Source: the human T2T-CHM13v2.0 reference genome, Homo sapiens. Taken from it: a DNA stretch of 64,000 nt. Both the position numbers and the translations under genes were made by a program. Of this stretch, positions 36,698-54,711 are shown in pieces (position 1 is the stretch's first letter; every line of letters starts with the position of its first letter). The stretch is taken from the NCBI RefSeq assembly GCF_009914755.1, contig NC_060929.1; one strand, written 5' to 3'. The notes under the pieces were generated by a model. It did not search any database. It saw nothing but the letters and a program-made list of their open reading frames with translations, and was not told the origin of the DNA.

Positions 36698-39530
36698 CTC
36701 TCTCTCCCCCTCTCCCCCTCTCCCTCTCTCCTTTCTACGGTCTCCCTCTCTTGCCGAGCCTGGACTGTACTGCCATGATCTCGGCTCGCTGCAACCTCCC
36801 TGCCTCAGGCTCCCGTGATTCTTCTGCCTCGGCCTGCCGAGTGCCTGGGATTCCAGGCACTGCGCCCCCACTCCTGATTGGTTTTTGTATTTTTGGTGGA
36901 GACGGGGTTTCGCCGCGTTGACCGGGCTGGTCTCCAGCTCCTGGCCTCAGGTGATCTGCCCGCCTCGGCCTCCCCAGGTGCTGGGATTGCAGACGGAGTC
37001 TCGCTCACTCAATGCTCAATGTTGCCCAGGCTGGAATGCAGTGGCGTAATCTCAGCTCGCTACAACCTCCACCTCCCAGCCGCCTGCCTTGGCCTCCCAA
37101 AATGCTAAGATTACAGCCTCTGCCCGCCCGCCACCCCGTCTTAAGAAGTGAGCAGCGTCTCTGCCTGGCCACCCATCGTCTGGGATGTGAGGAGCCCCTC
37201 TGCCCGGCCACCCCGTCTGGGAAGTGAGGAGCACCTCTGCCCGGCCGCCAACCTGTCTAGGAAGTGAGCCTCTGCCTGGCCGCCCATCGTCTGGGATGTG
37301 AGGAGCGCCTCTGCCCGGCCGCCCCGTCTGGGAAGTGAGGAGTGCCTCTGCCCGGCCGCCACCCCGTCTAGGAAGTGAGGAGCGTCTCTGCCGGACTGCC
37401 CATCGTCTGGGATGTGAGGAGCGCCTCTGCCTGGCCGCCCCATCTGGGAAGTGAGGAGCGCCTCTGCCCGGCTGCCCCATCTGGGAGGAAGTGAGGAGCG
37501 CCTCTGCCCGGCGGCCCCATCTGGGAGGAAGTGAGGAGCGCCTCTGCCCAGCTGCCCGAATGGGAAGTGAGGAGCGCCACTGCCTGGCCGCCCCATCTGG
37601 GAAATGAGGAGCGCCTCTGCCTGGCCGCCCAGTCTAGGAGGAAGTGAGGAGTGCCTCTGCCCGGCCGCCCCATCTGGGAGATGAGGAGCGCTTCTGCCCT
37701 GCCACCCCATCTGGGAAATGAGGAGCACCTCTGCCTGGCCGCCCAGTCTAGGAGGAAGTGAGGAGTGCCTCTGCCCGGCTGCCCCATCTGGGAGATGAGG
37801 AGCGCTTCTGCCCTGCCGCCCCATCTGGGAAGTGAGGAGAGCCTCTGCCCGGCTGCCCCGTCTGGGATGTGAGGAGCGCCTCTGCACGGCCACCACCCCG
37901 TCTGGGAAGTGGGGGGCGCCTCTGCCCAGCTGCCCTGTCTAGGAAGTGAGGAGCCCCTCTGCCTGGCCGCCCCGTCTAGGAAGTGAGGAGTGCGTCTGCC
38001 CGGCCGCCACCCTGTCTAGGAAGTGAGGAGCGTCTCTGCCGGACCGCCCATCGTCTGCGATGTGAGGAGCGCCTCTGCCCTGCCGCCCCATCTGGGAAAT
38101 GGGGAGCGCCTCTGCCCGGCTGCCCCGTCTGGGAGATGAGGAGCGCCTCTGCCCGGCTGCCCCGTCTGGGAGATGAGGAGCGCCTCTGCCCTGCCACCCC
38201 ATCTGGGAAATGGGGAGCGCCTCTGCCCGGCCGCCCCGTCTGGGAGGAAGTGAGGAGCACCTCCGCCTGGCTGCCACCCCATCTGGGAAGTGGGGAGAGC
38301 CTCTGCCTGGCTGCCCTGTCTAGGAAGTGAGAAGCGCCTCTGCCCAGCCGCCCCGTCTGGGAGGAAGTGAGGAGTGCCTCTGCCCGGCCGCCACCCCGTC
38401 TGGGAAGTGGGGAGCACCTCTGCCCAGCCGCCCTGTCTAGGAAGCGAGGAGCGCCTCTGCCCGGCCGCCCCGTCTGGGAAGTGAAGAGCGCCTCTGCCTG
38501 GCCGCCCTGTCTGGGATGTGAGGAGCACCTCTGCCCGGCTGCCACCCCATCTGGGAAATGGGGAGCGCCTCTGCCTGGCCGCCCCGTCTGGGAGGTGAGG
38601 GGCGTCTCTGCCCGGCCGCCCCGTCTGGGAGGTGAGGGGCGCCTCTGCCCAGCAGCCGCCCCGTCTGGGAAGTGGGGAGCGCCTCTGTCCGGCCGCCCCA
38701 TCTAGGAAGCGGGGAGCGCCTCTGCCCGGCCGCCCCGTCTGGGAAGTGGGGAGCACCTCTGCCCGGCCGCCCCGTCTGGGAGGTGGGGAGCGCCTCTGCC
38801 CGGCCGCCCCGTCTGGGAGGTGGGGAGCGCCTCTGCCCGGCCGCCCATCGTCTGGGAAGCGAGGAGCGCCTCTGCCTGGCCGCCCCGTCTGGGAAGTGAG
38901 GAGCATCTCTGCCCGGCTGCCCCATCTGGGAGGTGTACCCAACAGCTCCGAAGAGACAGCGACCATCGAGAACGGGCCATGATGACGATGGCAGTTTTGT
39001 CATCAAGAAAAGGGGGAAACGTGGGGAAAAGAGAGATCAGATTTTTACTGTGTCTGTGTAGAAAGAAGTAGACATAGGAGACTCCATTTTGTTCTGTACT
39101 AAGAAAAATTCTTCTGCCTTGGGATGCTGTTAATCTTTAACCTTACCCCCAACCCCGTGCTCTCTGAAACATGTGCTGTGTCAACTCAGGGTTAAATGGA
39201 TTAAGGGCGGTGCAAGATGTGCTTTGTTGTTAAACAAATGCTTGAAGGCAGCATGCTCGTTAAGAGTCATCACCACTCCCTAATCTCAAGTACCCAGGGA
39301 CACAAACACTGCGGAAGGCCACAGGGACCTCTGCCTAGGAAAACCAGAGACCTTTGTTCACGTGTTTATCTGCTGACCTTCTCTCCACTATTATCCTGTG
39401 ACCCTGCCACATCCCCCTCTCCGAGAAACACCCAAGAATAATCAATAAATACTAAAACAACAACAACAACAACAACAAAACTATAGGTAAATAAATTTGA
39501 AAAAGAAAGCAAAAAAAAAAAAAAAAAAAA
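36698..39530 (+). mobile_element. SVA retrotransposon, near full length, older (SVA_A/B-like) type
   Basis: short CCCTCT-like head (36698-36735), Alu-like antisense region (to ~37115), ~1.8-kb GC-rich VNTR, SINE-R (~38930-39450) with AATAAA at 39444, poly(A); AAAACATC repeated at both ends (TSD); CCGAAGAGACAGCGACCATC segment that I recall as absent from younger SVAs. Confidence 0.95.
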
Positions 39531-39538
39531 CATCAATT

Positions 39539-40253
<715 letters not shown>

Positions 40254-40666
40254 TTACGCTTGAACGAGTTACAACATGGATTGGGGACCGAAAGGAGTGG
40301 TGATGACCAGAGGCTGAAAAGGAGAAGTCTGAAGGGAGCCGGTGACCAGCCCCTTCCAGCCCTGAGGAAGAACAAAGAGAAAGTCATTTAAGGCCTTTGT
40401 GTTTGGGGCGAGGGAGTCACAAGGGCACAGAGGAGGCCTTCCTGTTGTCCATCTTGGCAGAGTTGTTCAGGACCTTATAAAGGGCTCCCAGGGAGGTGCC
40501 CAGAACTCTGAGGAAATACAGGGGCCTCTGAAACCAGCGAGGTCACATTCCTCATTTTATGGATGAGACCAGAGAAGTTCAGAGAATCCCAAAGGTCACT
40601 CAGTCAATGCCGGGAAAAAGATCTGCCTCCCAGACAGAATTCTCCTTCCCTGCCCTTTGGCTTCTG

Positions 40667-40718
40667 GGGAATCTTGAAAAGAATTCTATTCCAGGGAATC
40701 TTGAAAAGAATTCTGTTC
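40667..40718 (+). repeat. 27-bp tandem duplication
   Basis: GGGAATCTTGAAAAGAATTCT(A/G)TTC twice. Confidence 0.88.
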
Positions 40719-41225
40719 TCCGATCTGGGGCTTTATCAATACAGATATGGGGAGGGGGCGCTGGAGGGCCTCCCAGATGTGTGATACTCTGACTCTGCTC
40801 CTACTACTTAATTCAGAACAAGTGGCATATTTGGCTGAGTAGCTATTCCAGGGCTGGCCACTGTTTGCCACAAATGGATGCCACCCTCTCCTCCTGTGTC
40901 CTTCCCAGACATTCAAGGCCACAACAAGGAAACGTAGCATGGAGGAGGAAGCATATGCAGGAATCCAGCAGAACAGGGTCGGTTCCCACATCCACCACCT
41001 CTGGTTACATGACCTGGGTCAGGTGACTTTCTTGGATCTCAGTTTCTTTATCCGTAAAATGAGGGTTATGTTCTGTATTTATTTTGCCAATAAACATGAG
41101 TGCCTTCTAGGTGCTGTGCCTTGTTGAAAGGTTGCTTTGGAAGAATGCATATGGCACTACCACTCCATGGTGTGGCAGCAAAAAGCCCTCGCCATGAGGC
41201 GGCTGCCACTGTTATTACCACTGTC

Positions 41226-41941
<716 letters not shown>

Positions 41942-43003
41942 CCAGAAGGCCTTCTAAAGAGCTTATAGTCCCAGTGGGAGGTAGTACACACATACACACA
42001 GTGACGGGCACCATGAGGCACATACGAGAGGTACAGGGAGTGGAAGTCTGTCTGGATCTCAAGGATGCAAGATAAAGAGAGGCAGTATGCTGGGGGAATT
42101 TGGTAGACTGGAAGCAGGGGACAGCGGTCTAGACTTAGGACAAAATGAATGAGAGATGCTTAGGGATAATGGGAAAAAAATTAATTCAATACGTTTTTGG
42201 CAGCTGCTTTTCCTCCCCAGCCACTTGAAAAAGCCAAGAGACTCTGACAGTCGCAATGCTTCAGTCCAACAGAGTTTGTCAGAGTCATTAGGGAAACGGA
42301 CATAGCAGAATTTTTGGGTGGGAGATGATGGTGCAGGGAAAGTTGGGTAAAACTTCACGTGATATTTACATGCTCCGCAGTTTTGGAAAGAAGAGGACAG
42401 ATCTCTCCTTTGACAAGCATCAGGATAGATCAGCGAATAGAGTGGATAGTGGAAGATAAGTCTGGAAAAGTAATTTAGAGACACATTAAAGAGGCTTAAG
42501 GAATTGGGCTTTGATTCAGTGCTGTGAAATATGTTCATTCTAAAGATATTTACATGCAGATTTTTAATGTGATCAGCTCTTAATTTGTCCTGTAAACTTG
42601 GATATTTAGTTCATGTTTTCTTAAAATGAATCACTCTGGTATCCACATATCAGCATAGATGCTACTGTATGTGGTTTCTCTTCTGTTGATGACAAGTGCC
42701 TCCCTGTCAGCTCAAAAGGAATTTTCTACTAATAAATCTTTTTCAGATGAGTAAGCATGCCAAGAGAGATTAATCTGGTCCTGAGTTAGTATTAAGTCAT
42801 GAATTATTAAAGAGCTCCTGTAGAGGTTCCAACTCTTTCCACTAAGGTTTTGCCCAGACTGGCTCCAAAATGGCTAAAGCAACATCATCTCTCATTTCAT
42901 GGAACATTTTTCTGATATTCTAACCTGGGTTTTCCTTACTTCATACCCCTTTTTTGTCAGCAGAGTTTCCTTTTAATTTTGGTACTTTCAGTTTATCTAT
43001 GTT

Positions 43004-44688
<1,685 letters not shown>

Positions 44689-45049
44689 TGCCTATAAATC
44701 GATAAGAAAGACATCCAATTTTAAAATGGGCAAAAGACTTGTTCAGGCACTTTACAACTTTACGAAAGGAACACAGCCAATGAATGTATGAAAAGAATCT
44801 TGATCTCGTTAGTCATCAGTGAAATGCAATTTAAAAAAAAATGAATACCGTCATATTTTCCAGAATAGCCAAAATTAAAGACTGACACTGCCCAGTGTGA
44901 CAAAGATGTGGAGATTCTAGAACTTCCCTGTGCTGGTGAAACAGCATGGGTAAAGCTGGACAGATGCTTGTAGTGTAGCCCAGAGACTCCACTCCTAGGT
45001 GATATCTAATGACATGTGAGAGAATATTTAGTAATGGGATATTCTAGAT

Positions 45050-45276
45050 CAAGGTTCAGCAAGCTCTAGTCCACAGCTTTGTTTGTAGGGCTCACAAGCT
45101 AGAAATGCTTTCTACATTTTTAGTGGGTTGTTAAGAAAAAGAAGAAGAAAAAGAATATGCAACAAAGGCCATTTGTGGCCCACAAAACCTAAAAACATGG
45201 CAAAAAGCTTGCCAACTCTTTACCAAAAGAAGTGAACATACCAAAAAGTGTTGCCAAAAATCTTTGCTGACCCTTG
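45050..45276. mobile_element. hAT/Charlie MITE (MER58-like) nested in L1
   Basis: TIRs CAAGGTTCAGCAA / TTGCTGACCCTTG; 8-bp TSD TTCTAGAT at 45042-45049 and 45277-45284. Confidence 0.8.
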
Positions 45277-46139
45277 TTCTAGATCTAAAACTGGAGACAC
45301 AAGCCAAATGTCCACCAACAATAGAATGGATAAGTAAATTGTGGTATGTTTAGACAACAGAATGTGTTTAGACAACGGAATAGCCTACAGAATGGGGATG
45401 AACAGGCTATTGGCATGCAATACCGTGGTTGAATCTCATAAACAAATGCTAAGAACAGGAGCCAGACAAAAAGCATGTGTTGTGTGTATTCATTGATGTA
45501 AAATTAAAAACAGATAAAAGTAATCTGTAATGTTAAAAGCTGGGATAATGGTTACCCTTGGGTGAAGGATGGTTAGTAGCACAAAGGGTGTTTTTGAGGT
45601 TCTGGTTAATATTCTGCTTCTTGATCTAGGTTTTGGTTATGGGTATATGAAATTTCATTGAACTGTGTATTTATGAGTTGTGCACATTTCTGTAAGTTGT
45701 TATACTTTAATCAAAAGTTTATTTTAAAAGTCGTGCCTATACTTGGAAAAAAAACATCTGCACCAACAATGAAACTATACCAATCACAAAATGATATTCC
45801 TCCATCATCAGGAAAAATTCTAATAGCCTTCTCACTATTCCCTTATCCACCAGAGCTACATCTTATTGGGAACACACATTTACATTGCCCCTCATCTAAT
45901 CTGGTCATTTCAAAAACTGGCAGTTTTTTCGTAGCCTGACACTAATGGCTTCAGCACGTAACTAGCTTATGCAGAGATTGCTATTAGGATGGGCTAGGCT
46001 CTGTGCTTTGAGTGTATTGGACGCTAGGCTTCTCAAAACCATGAAGGTGGGTGTAAATACAATGAGTTTATGCCTCTGGATGTGCTTACGATTCTTTTTG
46101 TCCCATATCAAACTATGTTTTCTCCTCTGTTTTCTCAAG

Positions 46140-46285
46140 GGGGTGTACACCGCCTTGAGTCAGTTGAAGAATATAACGAGCTGATGGTGCGGAATGGGGA
46201 CCCCCGGATCCGGATGTTGGAGGTCTCCCGAGATGGCCGGAAACACTCCCTCCCGCAGCTGCTGGACTCTTCCAGTGCCTCACAG
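46140..46285 (+). CDS. PDZD2: PDZD2 coding exon, 146 nt, phase 1/0 (GGVHRLESVEEYNELMVRNGDPRIRMLEVSRDGRKHSLPQLLDSSSASQ)
   Basis: pyrimidine tract plus tcaag| acceptor; CAG|gtccga donor; lies within ORF 46070..46393. Confidence 0.93.
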
Positions 46286-47400
46286 GTCCGACCAGGGCTG
46301 TGGATCTTTTCAAAGACCATAAGGGCTTACATGTTAAGAAGAACTGCCCATCCATACAGGCCAGGAGTGTCTGGGGCTAGAGAAGTGGGATAGAGAGAGA
46401 CAGCAGGCAAAGTGAGGTCTACCCAGAGAGGCTACAAAGAAGTCAGCCTAATACTTGAAAATAGTGGGGGGAAAATCCCTCATTGGATCTCAAAATGTTC
46501 ATCTCCTTCCTACTGTGTGTTTTGGAACCTAGAGGTGCTTTCAATTGCCAGGAGACGATGGCGTCTCATAGTCTGTGGTGAACCAGCATTGCTCGATTAA
46601 TAGGAGCAGCCTGTATCAGTGTAACAACTGTGGGTGGGTATGGGCACATGTATGAGAGAGGGAGTGTGCGTGTGTGCCTGTACATGCATCCATGGCTCAC
46701 CTGGGGTCCTACCTGTTACACAGTAATGACTCAAGCAGCCAAGGTCATGGGGGGCTGTAGAGGGGGGCTGCACTAGCTGCTCAAGTTCATGTTACAGAAC
46801 CTGCTCCCGTCTGAGATCCGGACTCCACAGCCCTGCATGAGGGCCGCTCCTCCATCTCAGCATCCTCATCCTGGTAGAAACCGGTCAGGTGGTCTCCTAA
46901 CCAAGGCTAAGGCAGGCTCAGTCCCTGAGAAACCTGTGGGGTATTCTTTGAGTCCTGGCACCACTAACCAAGGGGCTCAAGAGGAACCGTTAGCAGCTTG
47001 TCCCCAGCCCTATGATGAAGCAGAGATAGAGGACGGGCGTGGCAGCAACGACCTCCACACATGCTTGGAAAGCTGTAGAGGGTAGAGTTCTAAAGGACCT
47101 GGGTCAGGGCATCTGAGGCAGGCCCTTACTTTTGGTGTGTTATGACCCATTTACAGATGGAGCAACTGAATCTCAAAGGGGTTAAGTATTTTGCCCAAGG
47201 TGATATGCCAGAACCTCTGTAAAGCTTTAAAGGTGCTCGAATCAGTCAATTATGTGTCAGGATAAAGTATTTCTGTTGCTTCCGATGCCCTTTATCTGAC
47301 CAGGAGAATAACAAGTGCCCATGTTTCAGGGACAGTTGCTCATCAGCCCATTTTGGGTTGAATTCACCCAAAGGCAACTTGAGGGGCATTGGGGCATTGA

Positions 47401-48450
<1,050 letters not shown>

Positions 48451-48461
48451 GTATTATCTAG

Positions 48462-48655
48462 ATTTGACCTCTCCAGTAAAACTTTCAGCAATGATGGAGA
48501 TGTTTTTTATTTGTATCGTCCAATATGGTAGCCGTATATGTCTACTGAGCACATGAAAAGTGGCTAGTGGGGGGTGTATTTTTAATTTTAATTAATTTTA
48601 ATATAGATACCTACAGGTGGCAAGTGGCTACCATGTTAGACAGCACAGGTCTAGA
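48462..48655. mobile_element. MER3-like hAT MITE
   Basis: AACTTTCAGCAATGATGGAGATGTT...GTCCAATATGGTAGCC...AGTGGCTACCATGTTAGACAGCACAG. Confidence 0.75.
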
Positions 48656-49621
48656 AAGTTCAAGGAGATCCTGGAAACTCTCTGAGAGGTTGGTGAAGCC
48701 TACAGGCCTTTGGTTCCTTCTGGTTCCCAAAAGAGAGATGGAGTGAAGTACTGCTGAAGATGGTGACCAGAGAAAGAGTTCCCTTAGGAGTTCACACACA
48801 AACCTCCGTATTCAAGGACTGAAAAACCCAGGCTATGTTTGGCCATCACTGCAATGGTTTCATTAAAAGGGCAGTAACCTTGCCAAGCCCACATCATTTT
48901 TTTTAATGATTGAAAGTCTGGGAGGCCAACATTGTTGGCAGATATTTTGTAAAACCGCAAAAAAGAAATAATAATAATTGTTCTAAGCTGCCAAAAATAC
49001 AAAAATATCACTGGGGACATCTAATTTTTGTGTTTGAATGTAGTATACACAGAGATTCAGGATAAAACTGTTTTGCCATGTCTCTTTTCTCATATTAAAC
49101 ATAAAGTGATTTTTTTGGCTTAGGTAGAATATCTGCATCAGTGAAGAAGTTTATTATTCTAAGAAGAATAGCAAGGAGCAAGATTATAGAAGTGCTTTGG
49201 TGATAGAGTCATTTGATCTCTTTATGTTCTAAGGAGCGCAGCCTGCTTACACGCGTGTATATTATGGGTGATGGACACAAAAAAGGGGTGAGATTGGAGC
49301 TGCTGCGTGTCAGGAAGGGAAAGTGTGGCTCATTATGGGAAAATACTTTATTTTCCAAATGTGAGAGATGAGAACTGAAGCTGCTGCCGTCTCTCAGCGG
49401 GATGTTTTATGTGGAATAACAGTTGTCTGGGTTTGTGGTTTGGGTTTTATAAGAAACAAGGGCTTGCTGAGTTTTTGATCGAGTGAATTAGGCTTAAAAT
49501 GGCAAGATACTTTCTAACCATGATGGTGAACTTGGGATGGAGGCAGGGGTGACTACCAAGGGAAAGCCCGACCACAGGTGGTCATCCTGTATCACTGAGG
49601 CCTCTTGTTTCTGCTTCCTGA

Positions 49622-50046
<425 letters not shown>

Positions 50047-50211
50047 CCTGCGATAGTATTTATAGGAAACTTTTTTAAGTCACTGAACCAGAGAGAAATG
50101 TCTAGTACTGAAGACATCTAAGATTTTCAAAGTCTGAGTGTATTTTTCTGCCAGATACCACAATAGAACAAATGAGAGTAATCTCTGACCTTGCCGTGTG
50201 CTGACTTTTAG

Positions 50212-50331
50212 GAATACCACATTGTGAAGAAGTCTACCCGCTCCTTAAGCACGACTCAGGTGGAATCTCCTTGGAGGCTCATTCGGCCATCCGTCATCTC
50301 GATCATTGGGTTGTACAAAGAAAAAGGCAAG
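50212..50331 (+). CDS. PDZD2: PDZD2 coding exon, 120 nt, phase 0/0 (EYHIVKKSTRSLSTTQVESPWRLIRPSVISIIGLYKEKGK)
   Basis: ttttag|GAA acceptor and AAG|gtgagc donor; ends at the first beta strand of a PDZ domain. Confidence 0.93.
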
Positions 50332-50384
50332 GTGAGCTCTTTTCTGCAGACTGTTCTGCCTTCTGGGTGAATCTTAGCACACAT

Positions 50385-50575
50385 TTTTTGTTTTATTTTA
50401 TTTTATTTGTTTTTGTGTTTTTGTTTTTAGAAACAGGTTCTTGCTCTGTTGCCCAGGCCGGAGTGCAGTGGTGCAATCATGGCTCACTGCAGTCTTAAAC
50501 TCCTGGGCTCAAGCAGTGCTCCCACCTCGACTTCCCAAAGCACTGAGATTATAGGCATGAGCCATTGCACCCAGC
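50385..50575 (-). mobile_element. Partial/monomeric old Alu
   Basis: Alu motifs, shortened. Confidence 0.8.
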
Positions 50576-51040
50576 CACACATGTTCTTTAAATGGTTACT
50601 TTTTATTTGTCTTTACATGAAATGAAAAGTAACAGGTATAAAGAAGGACCGCTAAAGTGGCCTCTGTATGGATTCAAGTGGATTCCCTGGCATTCTGTAC
50701 CATAGGTCTCAGTGTGAGATGGCCATGCCCTCTTTGCTCCTACGATGTAAGGAGTCACCAGCACTTGGCTGCTAGGGCCAGAACCAAGGGTGCAATGAAT
50801 GACCCTCAACTTTTATCTCCAGTGAAAGAAAAGCAGAGCCTGCAGCTTCAGGGAGTACCCTTGGTTATCCTTTTGAATGAATTTCATGGCGTTGCCATTA
50901 TCATAAAGGAAATGATATGAATAACTTGACATTACACAAAAATCAAAATATTCATTTTGATATTATACAAAATGGAAAGACTAAAACAAAAGAAAACAAA
51001 TGTGGCACCTGCATGTAAGTGGGAAATGACTCTTAAGAGC

Positions 51041-51122
51041 TATTTAGTGGATCCATATGAAATTGCCATTTGTGGAGGTCAAAGATTGTCAAATATTGGC
51101 AATTTGGTATGTTTCTGCCTAA
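51041..51122. mobile_element. MADE2-like mariner MITE (~80 bp, imperfect palindrome)
   Basis: CCATATGAAATTGCCATTT...GGTCAAA...GTCAAATATTGGCAATTT. Confidence 0.7.
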
Positions 51123-51254
51123 AACTTTTTCCCTTAATGTAATGCATGGCTAGTGCAGCGTAAATAGATCGGAGGAGGGGAATAAGGAAGAGAACACAAA
51201 CTTGAGTTTGCAGCTAGTTGCTTAGTTTAACTCCAGGCCTGGTTAGGGAGGGCA

Positions 51255-51334
51255 CTTCAGTTAAATACTACAATGGGACAGATGCCTTCAGTTAAATACT
51301 ACAATGGGAAAGATGCCCTCAGTTAAATACCACA
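51255..51334 (+). repeat. 31-bp tandem repeat, ~2.6 copies
   Basis: unit CTTCAGTTAAATACTACAATGGGA(C/A)AGATGC. Confidence 0.9.
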
Positions 51335-51369
51335 CTGTCAACCTGGACTCTCATCTGCTTCGGATCTAG

Positions 51370-51484
51370 GGCCTTGGCTTTAGTATTGCTGGAGGTCGAG
51401 ACTGCATTCGTGGACAGATGGGGATTTTTGTCAAGACCATCTTCCCAAATGGATCAGCTGCAGAGGACGGAAGACTTAAAGAAG
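51370..51484 (+). CDS. PDZD2: PDZD2 coding exon, 115 nt, phase 0/1; PDZ domain GLGF loop ([38 protein letters not shown])
   Basis: ctag|GGC acceptor and AAG|gtaggg donor; hallmark PDZ motifs GLGFSIAGG and AAEDGRL. Confidence 0.96.
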
Positions 51485-51599
51485 GTAGGGGAAAGCCTCT
51501 TGTATCCTCAGTGACAGTGACTTTGATCCCATGAGAATCTGCCTCTTCACAAGATGTGAGTGAATGCCACAGTACCTAGTAGACCTGGGCGGAATCTGC

Positions 51600-51720
51600 C
51601 TGGCATAGTCAGTGTAACCTGAGCTTCACTTTCCCTAGTTGTAAACTTGGAATATTAACACCTGCCTTGAAGAGTCGTTGTCAGGATTACATGAGATAAT
51701 ATGTGGAAAGTGGCTTAATA
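51600..51720 (+). mobile_element. MIR fragment
   Basis: AACCTGAGCTTCACTTTCC...AGGATTACATGAGATAATATGTG. Confidence 0.55.
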
Positions 51721-51908
51721 CTTCTGTTGGGGTCTTTAGTGTCTATCTTGTCAACTTGGTCTGATCATGTTCCTTTCCCTGAAAATTTTGAGAGTTTGGG
51801 GTCCATTCTTACCTTAGGGCTGGTGTGGAAGCAGAGCGCCTGGTCATTAGTGGATATTTAATATCTTGCTACAGAAATCAACCACCACATAGTCTGGTTC
51901 CTAAATGA

Positions 51909-53099
<1,191 letters not shown>

Positions 53100-54410
53100 T
53101 GCACATATTTTAAATAGCATTCACCAGAGCATGAATCCCGATTTTTTTCCTCTCACTTATTAATATACTTCCTTCTTGAAATATTTAAAGTAGAATATTT
53201 TTAGTTATCTTCAAAAATGCTGTGACTGTTCAGTTCAATTGACCTAAACTTCAGGTGCTTTTGTGTTATACGGGTTCTTTTTTTGGAACTGATGAGAATG
53301 AATTGGAATCTCCTATTTTTTAGGCAGAGCAACCATCGAACCCTGTATGCTAACAATAAGACATGACCAGGCTTCATTCTCCCACGGCAGAATATTTATT
53401 TCTGTCTCTTAGAGGAAGGGTTAACTCCCAGGTGGTGTTTGTGTTGAGTTTTAGAACAATATAAAATTCTAACAGAGCATTTTTATAATGGATGTGCCAT
53501 GTGTTCACTTAATTGAAACTCATTCTGCAAGGCTGGTAAAATGGAGCAAAACGGGGAAAAAAAATCAATAGTTAAGAAAGGTTAATAGCACTTGATTCTC
53601 CTAAATAGCGTTTTTTCATATGTGTTCATTTACAAGAAACGTAAGTCATTGGAATGGATTTCAACCTGTTGAGTGATACTTCTTTAAAAAACTTTGCATA
53701 CATTTTAAGAGTGCGAGTAATCATTTTAATATTTGCTCCTTTTCCCCTATGGAAACAACCTGAAAACATCCACCTCCTCACCTAATTGAGTAATTGGTTA
53801 TGCCAGATTTTTAAACAGAGATTACTTCACTTATTTTATAGCTTCTGTAATTGCATTAAGGGGAAGCCACATAACAAATGCATGGGGCACAGCTACATTT
53901 TTGTAACTCATCTACAGGATTCCTTGAATTGTGCACACAGTGTGCTCCTGGGATTGGCTGTCTGCGAGAGGTGACAATGTGTGTTCTTATGCTGCTTTGC
54001 ACTTTCTTATAGGCGTACAGAGTCCCTCTTCTCTACAGCAATGCTGTGCAAAGTTCATCTGTTCTTCTCTCTGGGGCATCTTTGTAGTGTTTTTGATGAA
54101 CTGTTATTCCAAAAAAGCAGGCCATGTCACAAGAGTGCAAACCAGAAACGAGCTCTGATAAGTCAACAGGATGTCCAAGTTCTTTTATATTCCTAGCAGA
54201 CGCTATCAACAGCTTGAAAAACGACCTGACTGTGCCGCCTTAGAGTTAAAAATAATAGGAGAGCTGGGGCAGGGGGCCATGTGCGAGCATATTCCTGCAC
54301 ATGCCTGGCAAATTAACATGACCCTGCAGTCATCTCTGAGATAGAAGCTTATAGTAAACTTGCCAGCTTACTGACAGAGAACCTGGAACTGCATCAGCAA
54401 GATTATTTTT

Positions 54411-54711
54411 GGGCCGGGAGCAGTAGCTCACACCTGTAATCCCCGCACTTTGGGAAGCCGAGGCGGGCAGATCACTCAAGGCCAGGAGTTCAAGACCAGC
54501 CTGGCCAACATGGTGAAACCCTGTCTCTACTAAAGATACAAAAAAAAATTAGCCATATATGGTGGCGTGCACCTGTATTCCCAGCTATTCAGGAGGCTGA
54601 GGCATGAGAATAGTTTGAACCTGGGAGGCAGAGGTTGTAGTGAGCTGAGGTCACGCCACCGCACTCTAGCCTGGGTGACTGAGCCAGAGCAATACTCTGT
54701 TTCAAAAAAAA
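54411..54711 (+). mobile_element. Alu (S-type)
   Basis: dimeric Alu. Confidence 0.9.

Noticed and set aside
37052-39071. Overlapping 100-316 aa ORFs on both strands; array superficially like a CRISPR
   Set aside because: This is the SVA VNTR: degenerate tandem units with no unique spacers, no cas genes, eukaryotic context
42735-42757. TTTTTCAG-ATGA-GTAAGC as a 4-nt microexon or recursive-like site
   Set aside because: Short pyrimidine tract and frame-breaking length; likely chance
54180-54245. Acceptor-like TTCTTTTATATTCCTAGCAG followed by a short frame (DAINSLKNDLTVPP*)
   Set aside because: No convincing donor or poly(A) signal nearby, and an early stop
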